DNA of 64,000 bases. It comes from Alphaproteobacteria bacterium (GTDB lineage Bacteria; Pseudomonadota; Alphaproteobacteria; MPNO01). Position numbers and translations under genes: made by a program. The first letter of the stretch is position 1. Every line of letters begins with the position of its first letter. Shown one piece after another: positions 49,723 to 60,054 of this stretch. The stretch is from positions 608,001-672,000 of the forward strand of contig CBDFLJ010000002.1 of the NCBI GenBank assembly GCA_965248835.1. Reading direction: 5' to 3'. The notes below the pieces were generated by a model. That model was not told where the DNA came from. It saw only the letters and a list, made by a program, of their open reading frames with translations, and did not search any database.

Positions 49723-50484
49723 ATGGTTCTGGATTTTCTCCGCCGGCAACACCCTCGGATGCGCGGTGTGCCGAGCGTTCCGCCCGCTACCCGGGTGTAT
49801 GCGATAGGCGACGTGCATGGCCAGCTCGCGACACTTACCCGTCTAATCGCGATGATTCTCGACGACGCCGGGAACGCTCCCGTAGCGCGTCGCGTGGTCG
49901 TCTATCTCGGAGACTACGTGGACCGCGGCCTCGAGTCGCGCGATGTGATCGACTACCTGCTCGATCACCCCCTGCCCGACTTCGAGACGGTCTTCCTCAA
50001 GGGAAACCACGATGCCTGGCTGCTCGCCTTCCTGGAAGACGCCGGGGTCGGGCCGGAGTGGCTCAACGCGGGCGGACAGGCAACACTGTTGAGCTACGGC
50101 GTTGCGGTGCCGCCAGGGCCGAAGAGCGCGGCCAGTTTGGAACGCATCCGCGAAGCGTTTGCGCGCGTCCTCCCCACCGCTCACCGGGTTTTCCTCGAGG
50201 GCCTCCGCCTGCGTCACGTCGAAGGGGACTATGCGTTCGTGCACGCAGGACTCCGACCGGGCGTCCCGCTCGACGACCAACAGGAAGGGGATCTGCTGTG
50301 GATCCGGGACGAGTTCACCGAGGATCGGAGCGACCATGGGGTCATGGTGGTCCATGGTCATTCGGTTTCCGAGCGTCCCGAGGTTCGCGACAACCGGATC
50401 GGGATCGACACCGGCGCTTACGCGACCGGCCGATTGACCTGCCTCGTCCTGGAAGGCCAATCCCGGCGCTTTCTCACGACCTGA
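49723..50484 (+). CDS. Metallophosphoesterase (Ser/Thr phosphatase family, EPS-locus associated)
   Basis: YAIGDVHG, GDYVDRG, KGNHD, FVHAG, VHGHS, IDTGAY. Confidence 0.92.
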   Translation: MVLDFLRRQHPRMRGVPSVPPATRVYAIGDVHGQLATLTRLIAMILDDAGNAPVARRVVVYLGDYVDRGLESRDVIDYLLDHPLPDFETVFLKGNHDAWLLAFLEDAGVGPEWLNAGGQATLLSYGVAVPPGPKSAASLERIREAFARVLPTAHRVFLEGLRLRHVEGDYAFVHAGLRPGVPLDDQQEGDLLWIRDEFTEDRSDHGVMVVHGHSVSERPEVRDNRIGIDTGAYATGRLTCLVLEGQSRRFLTT

Positions 50485-50557
50485 GCCTTAAATCCAGGCC
50501 GGCCCTCGGGGTGAGACCGGCGCCGCTCGCCGATGTGCACCTTCCCCGCTCAGATCT

Positions 50558-51030
50558 TGTCCGGGAGTCGCCCCCGTTTAACCGGACAGGTTGGCGGGTT
50601 GACGGGCACCTCTGAACTCGCGAGGCGCGTGCATTTTGAGCCCTGAGCGAGGATGGTTCTCGTTGTAATCCTCGAACCATCCGGCGATCTGGTCGAGCGC
50701 GGTCGCGGCGTCGGGGATGGGGTTTATCCGGACGTAGTTGCGCTTGATGGTTTTGACGAAGGCCTCGCTCATGCCGTTGCTTTCCGGGCTGGCGGCCGGG
50801 GTGAAGCACGGGTTCAGGTTCAGCTTCTCGACGGCCTCCGGCATCATGTCGCGGACATCGGACCCTGAGACGCCGGCGTTGGCGACGGCCTTCCAGGCGA
50901 TGATCTCCCGGTCGTGGGCGTCGATGGCGAAGGCCGCACGGGCGATATCGCCGTTCCAGCAGGCGAACTCGAAGCCGTCCGAGCACCAGCGCAGATCAGG
51001 CAGATTAAAGCGCATGACGACGACTTTGCC
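50558..51030 (-). mobile_element. IS3-family (IS2-like) C-terminal remnant
   Basis: WCSDGFEF.C.NG, DAHDRE, SPESNGMSEAFVKT.KR.Y, YNENHP.SGL. Confidence 0.85.
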
Positions 51031-51059
51031 GCCATGGGTCCGCCCCGGCCGCCATGCCG

Positions 51060-51488
51060 GATAGGGACGGGCCTCGCAGAGGGTACCGTCACGCATCATT
51101 CCGAACAGGATCGTCGCCAACTTTCGCGCCAGCGCGACCCGCGCCTTCCAGCTGCCCGAGCGCATCGCCAGCCTTTGCGCCCAGGAGCGCAGTCCGAAGG
51201 ATTGCGCGGACCCGATAGGTCGCGAGCGACTTCATGAGAACCGGCGCGTACCAGCCCGATCGGACCAGCTGGGCGAGACCGTGTGCGTCGTTATAATCTG
51301 ACATTTCGGTGATAACCGGGGGGTTCCATGCCCGCCCGCTCGAGCGCAGGCGCCTTGCGAGCGAGCGTCGCCGCAATCTCCTCTACGGTCGTGGCGACCT
51401 TGCCCTGCCAGATGGCGGCGCCTGCTGCATCCACCACGCAAATCGCCGTTTCCCGCGTCGAAACGTCCAAGCCTGCATATTGGGTCAT
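51060..51488 (-). mobile_element. Deleted IS110-family remnant (N- and C-terminal pieces)
   Basis: YAGLDVS..ETAICVVD, DA.GLAQLVRSGWY, ARVALARKLATIL. Confidence 0.8.
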
Positions 51489-51639
51489 CACATCCTCCTC
51501 GAACTCTCGACGACGCAGCATATCCGCCAGCGACGTCCGCTCGCGATTACGCCGTGCGGTTTACCGGAGCTTTGCCCTTGGCGGCCAGCTCCCGCTTCAA
51601 CAGCGCCGGGTGTGTCCGATTATCTGTGTAAGCGTTGCC

Positions 51640-51998
51640 GTACCGACATGGCAGAGGCCAACCGCTTCCTCGGGGACGTCTATCCGCCGAGCCGCAACGC
51701 CCGCTTCGCGACCCAGCCCGAGGCCGAAGGCACCGCTTTCGTGCCCTTCGCTGGCTCCCTTGACGAGATCCTTTGCGTGCAGCAGGAACGCAGCGTCGGC
51801 AACGACAACACCGTGCGCTACAAGCGCCGCGTGTTGGCCATCCCGCCCGACCGCCATCGACACCACTACGTCAAGGCAAGGATCAGGATGCACGAGTATC
51901 CGGATGGCACCTTGGCCGTCTTCCACGGACCGCGCTGCCTGGCTCGTTACCACGCAGATGGAGCGCCAATCGAAACCCAAACTCGGCAGGCCGCGTGA
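51640..51998 (+). mobile_element. ISNCY/IS1202-like transposase C-terminal remnant
   Basis: EANRFL...NARFA..P...AFVP, ERSVGNDNTVRY, HEYPDG.LAVFHGPR.LARY. Confidence 0.7.
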
Positions 51999-52137
51999 TC
52001 CGCTTCGACGCGACCGGCCGGTGGAAATCGGACTTGACCACTGATTTTAAACATAGTACCACTTAACTTAGGCGAAATTCGGAATGCGCGTGCGCGTGCC
52101 GGTACGGTGCGAGACGCTACCCGCCGGTGGGGCGTTT

Positions 52138-52629
52138 ATGATGAGAAACATGATCCGGAGGATACTGTCACCGGTCGCGGTGTCGCTGTTGCTGATAGCA
52201 GGCGGAAACGCACAGGCGGCAACCATGATCGTCAAGAACGCGAATGGTACTGTTTCCGTCACGACAGACGGCCAGGAGACCCTCCTCTCGGCCGGACTCG
52301 CCGCCGCCATCGTCGACGCGGTGAAGAGGAACACAAGCGACCCCGAGAGCCTGCGGGCCGCCATCCGTGCACTGGTTGCCGGCAATGCCGGCGGCGCGGA
52401 CGACGCGGCACTCGCTACCGCGATCGCCGCCTTCGCAGCGGCGAGCTCGAGCGGTGGCTCCGAGGTCGTGACCGCCATCGTCGAGGGTGCGGCGGCCGGC
52501 AACCCGTCGCTTTCCGCCGTCGCGGTGCTCGGCGCGTTGCCTGCCGCCCCGAGTGGCGTCCCGCGGGCGGCGTCTCGGCCGTCGCAGGGCACGGTAGAGA
52601 ATCTTCAACAGATTAGTCCGGTTAGTTGA
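52138..52629 (+). CDS. Secreted Ala-rich hypothetical protein heading the EPS operon
   Basis: Signal-peptide-like N-terminus ending in AQA; Ala-rich helices; C-terminal VEN..QISP. Confidence 0.6.
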   Translation: MMRNMIRRILSPVAVSLLLIAGGNAQAATMIVKNANGTVSVTTDGQETLLSAGLAAAIVDAVKRNTSDPESLRAAIRALVAGNAGGADDAALATAIAAFAAASSSGGSEVVTAIVEGAAAGNPSLSAVAVLGALPAAPSGVPRAASRPSQGTVENLQQISPVS

Positions 52630-52668
52630 GCGCCGGACCCGCCCGGAGGAGAGAGCGGGACATCGTGT

Positions 52669-53949
52669 ATGGACACTAGCAGCTGGGCGCTTCGCCCCCG
52701 GCATCTTCGGAATGCGCTGCCCATCATTGCATTGCTGGCAATGACAACCGGCGCGGTTCTCCCCGCCGGCGCGCAGGAGCCGGAGCGGGGAGAAACGGTG
52801 CGGGACCGGGCGCGGCCCGACTATGACGCGGCCGGCATCCGCTCCGGCGGGTTGTTGATCTTTCCCTCCGTCGAGGTGAGGTTGCGGCACGAGGACAACA
52901 TCTACAGGACAGACGGCGGGGAGACCGAGGATATCGTGACCTCGGTACGCCCTCGGATCGACGTCGCTTCGCAGTGGTCGAACCACGAGCTCGTCGTCAG
53001 CGCCGGCACCGACACGGATTTCTTCGCAAACGAGGATGACGAGAATTCGACGGACTGGTTCCTGAGCGCCGACGGGCGCGTCGACATCGCCCGCGACGCC
53101 AACGTCTATGTCGGATTGAGCGCGCAAGGGCTGCACGAGGACCGCGGCGACCCGAATGCGCCGCGGGCCAGCCGGGAGCCGATCTCGTACTCCCGACAGG
53201 ACGTGCGGCTCGGCGGATTCTATCGTTTCAACCGCCTCAGCCTGACCCTCGAGGGGAATATCAGGCAATTTGATTTCGATAATGGTATCGACCGGAATGG
53301 TAACCGGATCGTCCAGCGCGGCCGCGACCGCGAAGAGAATGAGGTGATGGCGCGGGCCGGCTATGCGGCCGCTCCGGGATACGAGGCCTTCGTGCGCGTG
53401 ACGCGCTACAACCGTCGCTACGAACACCACGGCACCACCCCCCCTGACCGCGATTCGGACGGTTGGGAACTCGTCGTTGGCACGGCCCTGGATCTCGGAG
53501 GCATCGTCTTCGGAGAGGTCTTCGCCGGCCATCGATCGCAGGACTACGACGACGCAAGCTTGCCCACCATCGACGGGTTTACTCTCGGCGGCACCGTCAA
53601 CTGGAACGTCACCCCGCTTACCACCGTCAACGGCTCTGTGCAACGTACCGTCGAGGAGTCCGTCTTCGCCGGCGCGTCCGGTTTCCTCTCCACCACCGTC
53701 AGTCTCGGCGTCGACCACGAGCTGCAGCGCAACCTGATCCTGAATGCGGTTTTGAGCCTCACCAGAAACGACTACGGAGGCATCACCCGCGAGGACGATC
53801 TGTTCGGAGTCGAGATCGGGGCAACCTATTTCGTCAACCGGAACCTGCGTGCCGACTTCGGCTACCGGTACCAGTCGCGGGACTCGACGACGCCCGGCGA
53901 AGACTTCGACGGCAATGTCGTCCATATGACCATACGCCTGCAGTACTGA
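52669..53949 (+). CDS. Outer-membrane beta-barrel protein of polysaccharide export (BBP2-like)
   Basis: Signal peptide, RPDYDAAGIR.G, alternating beta-strands, terminal LQY. Confidence 0.85.
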   Translation: MDTSSWALRPRHLRNALPIIALLAMTTGAVLPAGAQEPERGETVRDRARPDYDAAGIRSGGLLIFPSVEVRLRHEDNIYRTDGGETEDIVTSVRPRIDVASQWSNHELVVSAGTDTDFFANEDDENSTDWFLSADGRVDIARDANVYVGLSAQGLHEDRGDPNAPRASREPISYSRQDVRLGGFYRFNRLSLTLEGNIRQFDFDNGIDRNGNRIVQRGRDREENEVMARAGYAAAPGYEAFVRVTRYNRRYEHHGTTPPDRDSDGWELVVGTALDLGGIVFGEVFAGHRSQDYDDASLPTIDGFTLGGTVNWNVTPLTTVNGSVQRTVEESVFAGASGFLSTTVSLGVDHELQRNLILNAVLSLTRNDYGGITREDDLFGVEIGATYFVNRNLRADFGYRYQSRDSTTPGEDFDGNVVHMTIRLQY

Positions 53950-54024
53950 ATCGGCGGTGCCGCGACGCGTCGGCGGCCCAGGTTACCGCGCCACGTACCG
54001 CGGCGCTGCGCGTCGATTACGATT

Positions 54025-54301
54025 GGCTCAGGTCGCATTTCGTACGCATCATGATAGAATGTTCCCGGTTTGTTTGGGGCGGGCAGATGGATCGTGATCG
54101 GTTTCAGGACTGGCTTTCGCATGTGGACGGTCAACAGCCGTCACAGCCGGCTCAAAGGCTTCCTGCGTCGCTACCGCGGCATCGCCACCAAGTATCTCGG
54201 CAGCTATTTGAGGTGGTTCCACCTCATCGAACCGGCCGACCCCGAGAGCATGTCTGGCCGCGGCCATGGCAAAGCCATGTATACAATTCGCGAACTGAGC
54301 C
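54025..54301 (+). mobile_element. IS1595-derived MITE-like deletion derivative (277 bp)
   Basis: IRs GGCTCAGGTCGCATTTCGTACGCAT / ATGTATACAATTCGCGAACTGAGCC; 8-bp DR TTACGATT/TTATGATT; VNSRHSRLK...GIATKYL..YLRWF transposase tail. Confidence 0.85.
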
Positions 54302-54402
54302 TTATGATTTGCAGTCAGAGCGCGGAATACCGCTTGGCCATCTACTTGGTTCCGGTGGCATCAGCGGCCCGCACCCGCCCACAACGAGTTAAACGCGCTT
54401 CC

Positions 54403-54945
54403 ATGCAGGTGAGTCGAACTCTCGTCGTCGGCCTCGCCGCTTTGCTCGGCTTCCTTTGCACGGCCGGGCCGGGCGGGGCTGAAACGGTCGAGTACACCTT
54501 CGGCACCGGCGACCAGATCCGGCTCACCGTCTTCGGGCACGAGGATCTGTCGGGAGAGTTCACGGTGAGCGAGACGGGCACGGTCTCGCTTCCCCTCGCC
54601 GGCAGCTTGAGCATCGGCGGGCTGACCATCCGACAGGCCAAGGAAGAAGTCGTCGATGCCTTGCGGCCGGATTACCTTCTCAACCCGCAGATCAGTATCG
54701 AGGTGCTGAACTATCGGCCCTTCTACATCATCGGAGAGGTGAAGGAGCCGGGCTCGTACCCGTACGTAAACGGTATAACGGTGACCGAGGCGGTGGCGCT
54801 GGGCGGCGGTTTTACTCATCGCGCAAAGAAGGGGAAGATGATCATCATCCGGGGGGCCGATCCCACCAAGACCGAGCGCTCGGTGTCGGTCACCGAGGTC
54901 GTGCTTCCAGGCGACGTGGTCAAGGTGCTGGAACGATTCTTCTGA
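54403..54945 (+). CDS. wza: Polysaccharide export protein (Wza/Poly_export-SLBB)
   Basis: Y.FGTGDQIRLTVFGHEDLSG, YRPFYIIGEVKEPGSYPY, PGDVV.V.ERFF. Confidence 0.88.
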   Translation: MQVSRTLVVGLAALLGFLCTAGPGGAETVEYTFGTGDQIRLTVFGHEDLSGEFTVSETGTVSLPLAGSLSIGGLTIRQAKEEVVDALRPDYLLNPQISIEVLNYRPFYIIGEVKEPGSYPYVNGITVTEAVALGGGFTHRAKKGKMIIIRGADPTKTERSVSVTEVVLPGDVVKVLERFF

Positions 54946-55014
54946 GCGCGGCGCGCATTCGGCCGGATCGGGACGCCGCCGCTCTCGTCTGCTGCTCGCA
55001 GTGCGGATACGCTT

Positions 55015-57294
55015 ATGAATGACACTTTCGAAGCCTCACGCCCGAGTCAAACCCCGGCAATGGCAGAGCGCAGCGGCGGCGCGCATTACGCACGAAGCGG
55101 GACCCCGGAAGAGATGGAGCTCGTTCCGCTGCTGCGCAGTGTCTGGCGGCGCAAGCTGCTGGTGGCTGCGACGATCTTTCTCGTCACTCTCATCGCCACC
55201 GTCGTTGCGTTCCAGCTCACGCCACGTTATTCCGCCAGCGTGAAGCTCCTGGTAGGAACGCCGGAAGCCAAGATCGTCGACATCGAAGCGGTATTGAGCG
55301 GCCTCGGTTCCGACCAGGCGGCGGTCGAGAGCGAGGTGCAGGTGCTAGCCTCACGCAGCCTCGCGGGCAAAGTAGCGGAGAAGCTCGAGCTCGACCGCGA
55401 TCCCGAGTTCAACGCGAGGCTGCGCCCGCCTTCCCTCCTCTCGATCCTTGATCCGCTCCGCTGGCTCCCCGAAGGCTGGCGCACCGCGTTGCTCGGGGGT
55501 AACGTCGACGCGATCCCGCCGACGCAGGAGGAGATCGAAGAGCGCATCCGAGCTGACGTAATCACCGCACTGCAGGCAGCGGTCGGTGTGCGTGTAGAGG
55601 GCCGCTCCCGCGTGATCAACGTGAGCGCAACGTCGGAGCAGCCGAAGACCGCGGCGGCAATTGCCAATACGCTGTCGGACTTGTATCTCGTGGACCAGCT
55701 TGAGGCGAAGTTCGAGGCGACGAAACGAGCCACCGATTGGTTGAACGATCGGGTACAGCAGCTTCGTGGGCAGGTCGCAGCATCGGAGGGCGCAGTCGAA
55801 GAGTACCGGCGCCGGACCGGGCTGACTCGGAGCAAGGACACCACCGTCACCGAGCAGCAGATCTCGGAGATCAATACCCAGCTCATTCTCGCGAGGACAC
55901 AGACCGCGGAAGCCGGCGCCCGTCTGACCCAGATAAGCTCTCTCGTGGAGTCGGCGGCTGGGGTCGACTCCGCCGCCGAGGTGCTCGCCTCTCCCCTGAT
56001 CCAGCGCCTGCGCGAGCGAGAGTCCGACGTTGCGCGCCGAGTCGCGGAAATGTCGACCGAGTTCGGGAAACGCCACCCCAAGATGATCAACATCAAGGCG
56101 GAACTCGAGGACATCCGGGCCAAGATCGAGGTCGAGGTGGCCAAAGTCGTCCGCGGCCTCAAGAACGAGCTCGAAGTGGCGCATACCCGCGAGCGTACTC
56201 TGGAGCGGAACCTGGAGCAGCTCAAGCGGGAGTCCGAGCGGATCAAGTCCTCCGAGGGCGAGCTTCGCGTGCTCGAACGGGAGGCGGCAGCGGACCGCGC
56301 CTTGTTCGATACCTTTCTCGCTCGGTTGAAGGAAACCGGCCAGCAGCACGAGATTCAGCAGGCGGATGCAAGGATCCTCTCGCGGGCCGACGTGCCGGTG
56401 GGGGCGTCGTCACCGAACAAGAAGCTCATCGTCGCCGGTGCTTTCGCCCTGTCTGCCCTCCTCGGGGTGCTGCTCGTTTTCCTGCTCGAGCACCTCGACC
56501 AGGGCTTCAGGAGCTCCGAACAGATCGAGAGTATGACCGGAGCGAGCACGCTCTCCCTCGTCCCCCATCTCACGGCCATGCGTTTGAAGCGGCACACGCC
56601 TACCGACTATGTTCTGAACCGGCCGGTGTCCGCCTTTGCGGAATCGCTGCGCACCCTGCACACCGGAATTCTGCTCTCAGCGCTAGACGACGCGCCGAAG
56701 TCGGTGTTGATCACCTCGTCGACCCCCGAGGAGGGCAAGACGACGGTCGCGACGGCGATGGCACGCCTCATCGCCCGCAGCGGAAAGAAGGTGCTGTTGC
56801 TCGATGGGGACCTGCGCCGCGCCCGCACCCGGAGTCTGCTCGGGCTCAACAGCACATGCGGACTGCTCGACGTGCTCGCCCAGCAATCCCCTCTCGAGGA
56901 ATGCATTCAGCACGACGAGATCTCGGGGCTGCACGTGCTCGCCACCGAAGGCAACGTGCCGAACCCACCCGAAGTGCTCGGCTCGCAGCAGATGGCGGCG
57001 CTGATGGATACGTTGGAGCGTACTTACGATCTGATCATCATAGACTCGCCGCCGGTGCTCGTTGTCTCCGACGCCCGCATCCTCTCGCGCCTCGCCGATA
57101 GGACGGTGTTTATTACCCGCTGGGGAGAAACCAAACGGGAGTCGGTCAAGCTCGCGCTCAAGCAGCTCGTCGATTCTGGAGCGAACGTAGCGGGAGTCGT
57201 GCTCTGCATGGTGAACATCCGCAAGCACGCCCAGTACGGATACGCGGACTCGACCTATTACTACCGATCCGCGCGGCGCTACTATGTCGACTGA
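55015..57294 (+). CDS. wzc: Polysaccharide co-polymerase / BY-kinase (Wzc/GumC)
   Basis: Two TM segments, coiled coil, TSSTPEEGKTT, DGDLRR, IIIDSPPV, Tyr-rich tail YGYADSTYYY. Confidence 0.93.
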   Translation: MNDTFEASRPSQTPAMAERSGGAHYARSGTPEEMELVPLLRSVWRRKLLVAATIFLVTLIATVVAFQLTPRYSASVKLLVGTPEAKIVDIEAVLSGLGSDQAAVESEVQVLASRSLAGKVAEKLELDRDPEFNARLRPPSLLSILDPLRWLPEGWRTALLGGNVDAIPPTQEEIEERIRADVITALQAAVGVRVEGRSRVINVSATSEQPKTAAAIANTLSDLYLVDQLEAKFEATKRATDWLNDRVQQLRGQVAASEGAVEEYRRRTGLTRSKDTTVTEQQISEINTQLILARTQTAEAGARLTQISSLVESAAGVDSAAEVLASPLIQRLRERESDVARRVAEMSTEFGKRHPKMINIKAELEDIRAKIEVEVAKVVRGLKNELEVAHTRERTLERNLEQLKRESERIKSSEGELRVLEREAAADRALFDTFLARLKETGQQHEIQQADARILSRADVPVGASSPNKKLIVAGAFALSALLGVLLVFLLEHLDQGFRSSEQIESMTGASTLSLVPHLTAMRLKRHTPTDYVLNRPVSAFAESLRTLHTGILLSALDDAPKSVLITSSTPEEGKTTVATAMARLIARSGKKVLLLDGDLRRARTRSLLGLNSTCGLLDVLAQQSPLEECIQHDEISGLHVLATEGNVPNPPEVLGSQQMAALMDTLERTYDLIIIDSPPVLVVSDARILSRLADRTVFITRWGETKRESVKLALKQLVDSGANVAGVVLCMVNIRKHAQYGYADSTYYYRSARRYYVD

Positions 57295-57396
57295 GCATGG
57301 CGCGCCGCGGCGGGAATCTGCATCCGGCCCTCCAGATTGCCGTGGGAGCGGCGATCATCGCGACGACGACATCGCAGTGAACGAGGGGCGGTCGGG

Positions 57397-58053
57397 ATGA
57401 GGCTCCGGGTCGCGGTGGGCGCTGCCGCCATTGCGACGGGCGCGGTCTTGCTCTTCCTAGCGCTTCCCATTGCCGTCGCCGGCTTCATCGAGATCCCCGG
57501 CAATGCCCTCCTTAAGAAAATGCTGCGTTACGAGCCCCTGTCGACGAAGGCGCTCGACGACCTGATCCAGTCGCGTGAGGCATCCCTTCGATGGCGGAAG
57601 AAGGGTCGCACCTACACCGACCTCGCCCTTGCCTGCATGATGCTCGGCGAGCAGGAAGCGCCGACGGCGCGCGACGAGGCCTTCGCACACGCCAGCGACA
57701 CGCTCACGACGGGTCTGGCCGCGGCACCCGCGAACCCCTACGCATGGATGCGCCTCGTCCTCTTGCAAAAAACGCTTAGGCGCCCGACTTCCGACATCGC
57801 CTCCACCCTGTCCCTCGCGCTCAACACCGGCGCGCGCCAGGGACGGCTGCTATTTCCCGGGGTGGAGGCGGGCCTGCAGGTCTGGAGTGAACTCGATGTC
57901 GCCGACCGCTCCCTCGTGACTGAGATGGTGAGGCGCGCGTGGACCCGTGACCCGTTACGCGTAGCGGCTATCGCCCGCGAGATCGGGCAGCTCCCCCTGC
58001 TGGCCCGCCTGCTCGAGCTCGATCCACACGGGGACGGCCGCGCGGGCACATAG
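57397..58053 (+). CDS. Hypothetical membrane-anchored helical protein of the EPS locus
   Basis: N-terminal TM helix; APANPYAWMRL TPR-like motif. Confidence 0.6.
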   Translation: MRLRVAVGAAAIATGAVLLFLALPIAVAGFIEIPGNALLKKMLRYEPLSTKALDDLIQSREASLRWRKKGRTYTDLALACMMLGEQEAPTARDEAFAHASDTLTTGLAAAPANPYAWMRLVLLQKTLRRPTSDIASTLSLALNTGARQGRLLFPGVEAGLQVWSELDVADRSLVTEMVRRAWTRDPLRVAAIAREIGQLPLLARLLELDPHGDGRAGT

Positions 58054-58079
58054 CCGCACTTCCCATAGGACACAGCCTC

Positions 58080-58320
58080 GTGCGAATCATCGAATTCGGA
58101 GACTGGCTGATTCTGTCGATCCTCGGCCTGTATCTCCTGTTCAATTACGGTTTCATGTAGCTTCGCCTGCCCCCGGGAGGTGGATTCGCGGTCCCGACCG
58201 GCGAGCTATTGCTCGCTTGCTTTCTGCTTGCAGTATCGAGCTATCGATGGCTGCCCCGGTTCTCCCGCACGGTCTTCATCCTGACCTTCGCCCTTTGGCG
58301 GGGGTTCGGGCTAGTCTTCC
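58080..58320 (+). pseudogene. Truncated membrane-protein (polymerase-like) gene start
   Basis: Hydrophobic LYLLFNYGFM*LRLPP..G..VPTGELLL with in-frame stop, then cut by IS debris. Confidence 0.45.
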
Positions 58321-58413
58321 GGAACTCAAGTAAGAGTCATTGTAGTTTTTGTCGGGGTTCGACTTTGAAGGTGTTTGCGATGGCAGTGTTGGCCGGCCGG
58401 TTGCGGCTTTGGT

Positions 58414-58462
58414 TCTGAGCGATGAGCCGCGAGCTCGCGTTAGCAGCTGGCCGCCTCTGCGA
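58414..58462 (+). repeat. 49-bp direct repeat of 60454-60502 (IS110 non-coding end segment)
   Basis: TCTGAGCGATGAGCCGCGAGCTCGCGTTAGCAGCTGGCCGCCTCTGCGA; 3 mismatches to the second copy. Confidence 0.85.
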
Positions 58463-58494
58463 TTGAGCGATCTCGCGACACCGCTGCAGACACC

Positions 58495-58537
58495 GCCAAA
58501 AAGGGTATCGCTGTCAGATAAAGTCTTAGCTCTTACA
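58495..58537 (+). mobile_element. Isolated IS481 terminal inverted repeat
   Basis: TGTCAGATAAAGTCTTAGCTCTTACA is the reverse complement of 44824-44849 at 25/26 positions. Confidence 0.85.
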
Positions 58538-58539
58538 GA

Positions 58540-59994
58540 TTACGCCTGACGACGGCCCCGGTCGGTACGTCCGTAGGCATCCTCGAAGCGGATGATGTCG
58601 TCCTCGCCGAGATACGAGCCGAATTGAATCTCGATGAGCTCGAGCGGCACCGTGCCCGGATTCTCCAGTCGGTGCCGGACGCATTGCGGAATATACGTAG
58701 ACTGGTTCTCTGAGACCATGAAGATCTCATCGTCTCGTGTCACCCGAGCGATACCTCGCACCACGATCCAGTGCTCGGCACGGTGATGGTGCATCTGCAG
58801 AGACAGCCGCTGGCCGGGATTGACGATGATGTGCTTGATTTTGAATCCGTTGCCACCATGCACGGAGTCGTAGCTGCCCCAAGGTCGATGAACTTTACGA
58901 TGGCGTTTGTATTCCTCTCGGCTTGCGCACTTGAGCTGCTCCACAATTTTCTTCACATCCTGGACCGCGTTCTTGGCGGCGACGAGCACCGCATCGGCGG
59001 TGTCCACGATCACGCAGTCTGCCACACCCACCGCGGCCACTACTCGGTCTCCACCAAAAATGTATGTGTTGCGAGTCCCCTCCAAAACCACATCGCCCTG
59101 AGTTGTGTTTCCCATCTCGTCCTGTTCGAGGAGTGCGGACAGCGCAGACCAGGAACCGATGTCAGACCAGCCGGTATCCAGGGGTACCACGACGGCATTC
59201 GTGGTGTGCTCCATGACCGCATAGTCCACAGAGGCCGTCGGCGACTCGGCAAAAGACTCCGCATCCAACCTCAGAAACGCGAGTTCCCGCACTGCTTTTC
59301 CGTGCGCCGTCTTCACGGCATCTCGTATGGGCTCTGCGTGAGCGCCGAGCTCCTGGAGATATCGGACTGCCCCGAAAACGAACATGCCGCTATTCCAGAA
59401 ATAGCCACCGGCTTCGACCCAGGCGGCAGCGTGATCAGCATCCGGTTTCTCGATAAAACCATCTACTACGCGCGCTTCATCGCTTACCCCGGTCGGGGCT
59501 CCTGCCCTGATGTACCCGTAGCCGGTCTCTGCATAGGCAGGCGGGACACCGAACGTTACGAGCTTACCGGCGCCGGCTTCCCTGACGGCTGCCCGGACCG
59601 CGTCGGCGAACTGCGTAGCGTCCCGAATGACATGATCCGCTGGCAGGATCAGCAGTATGGGTTCTTCGCCTTCGTCGCACTGGGCCAGGGTCTCCATGGC
59701 GGCGGCGGCAATAGCAGGCGCCGTACTTCGTGCTACGGGCTCCAAGAGTATGGCGGCCGGCGTGACACCGATGGCGCGGAGCTGTTCCGCCACCATGAAC
59801 CGGTGTTCGTCGTTGCAAACCACAATGGGAGCCCGTGGGCGATCAAGGGCCGCGAGCCGTTGGACGGTGGCCTGTAGAAGGGTGTGCCCATCCTGCAGCG
59901 CGATGAGCTGCTTGGGATGGTGTTCGCGGGAGAGCGGCCAAAGCCTGCTGCCAGCGCCACCCGAAAGGATGATGGGGACTACGGATTGTTTCAC
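58540..59994 (-). CDS. manC: Mannose-1-phosphate guanylyltransferase / mannose-6-phosphate isomerase
   Basis: PIILSGGAGSRLWPLSR..PKQ, ETGYGYI, WNSGMF, SVDYAVME, RPWGSY, YLGEDDIIRFED. Confidence 0.95.
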   Translation of the reverse strand: MKQSVVPIILSGGAGSRLWPLSREHHPKQLIALQDGHTLLQATVQRLAALDRPRAPIVVCNDEHRFMVAEQLRAIGVTPAAILLEPVARSTAPAIAAAAMETLAQCDEGEEPILLILPADHVIRDATQFADAVRAAVREAGAGKLVTFGVPPAYAETGYGYIRAGAPTGVSDEARVVDGFIEKPDADHAAAWVEAGGYFWNSGMFVFGAVRYLQELGAHAEPIRDAVKTAHGKAVRELAFLRLDAESFAESPTASVDYAVMEHTTNAVVVPLDTGWSDIGSWSALSALLEQDEMGNTTQGDVVLEGTRNTYIFGGDRVVAAVGVADCVIVDTADAVLVAAKNAVQDVKKIVEQLKCASREEYKRHRKVHRPWGSYDSVHGGNGFKIKHIIVNPGQRLSLQMHHHRAEHWIVVRGIARVTRDDEIFMVSENQSTYIPQCVRHRLENPGTVPLELIEIQFGSYLGEDDIIRFEDAYGRTDRGRRQA

Positions 59995-60054
59995 GAGCTT
60001 GGCAGATTGTGCTCTTGTTGCAGGGCGCGCGGATATTCTACTGACACCGGAAGG

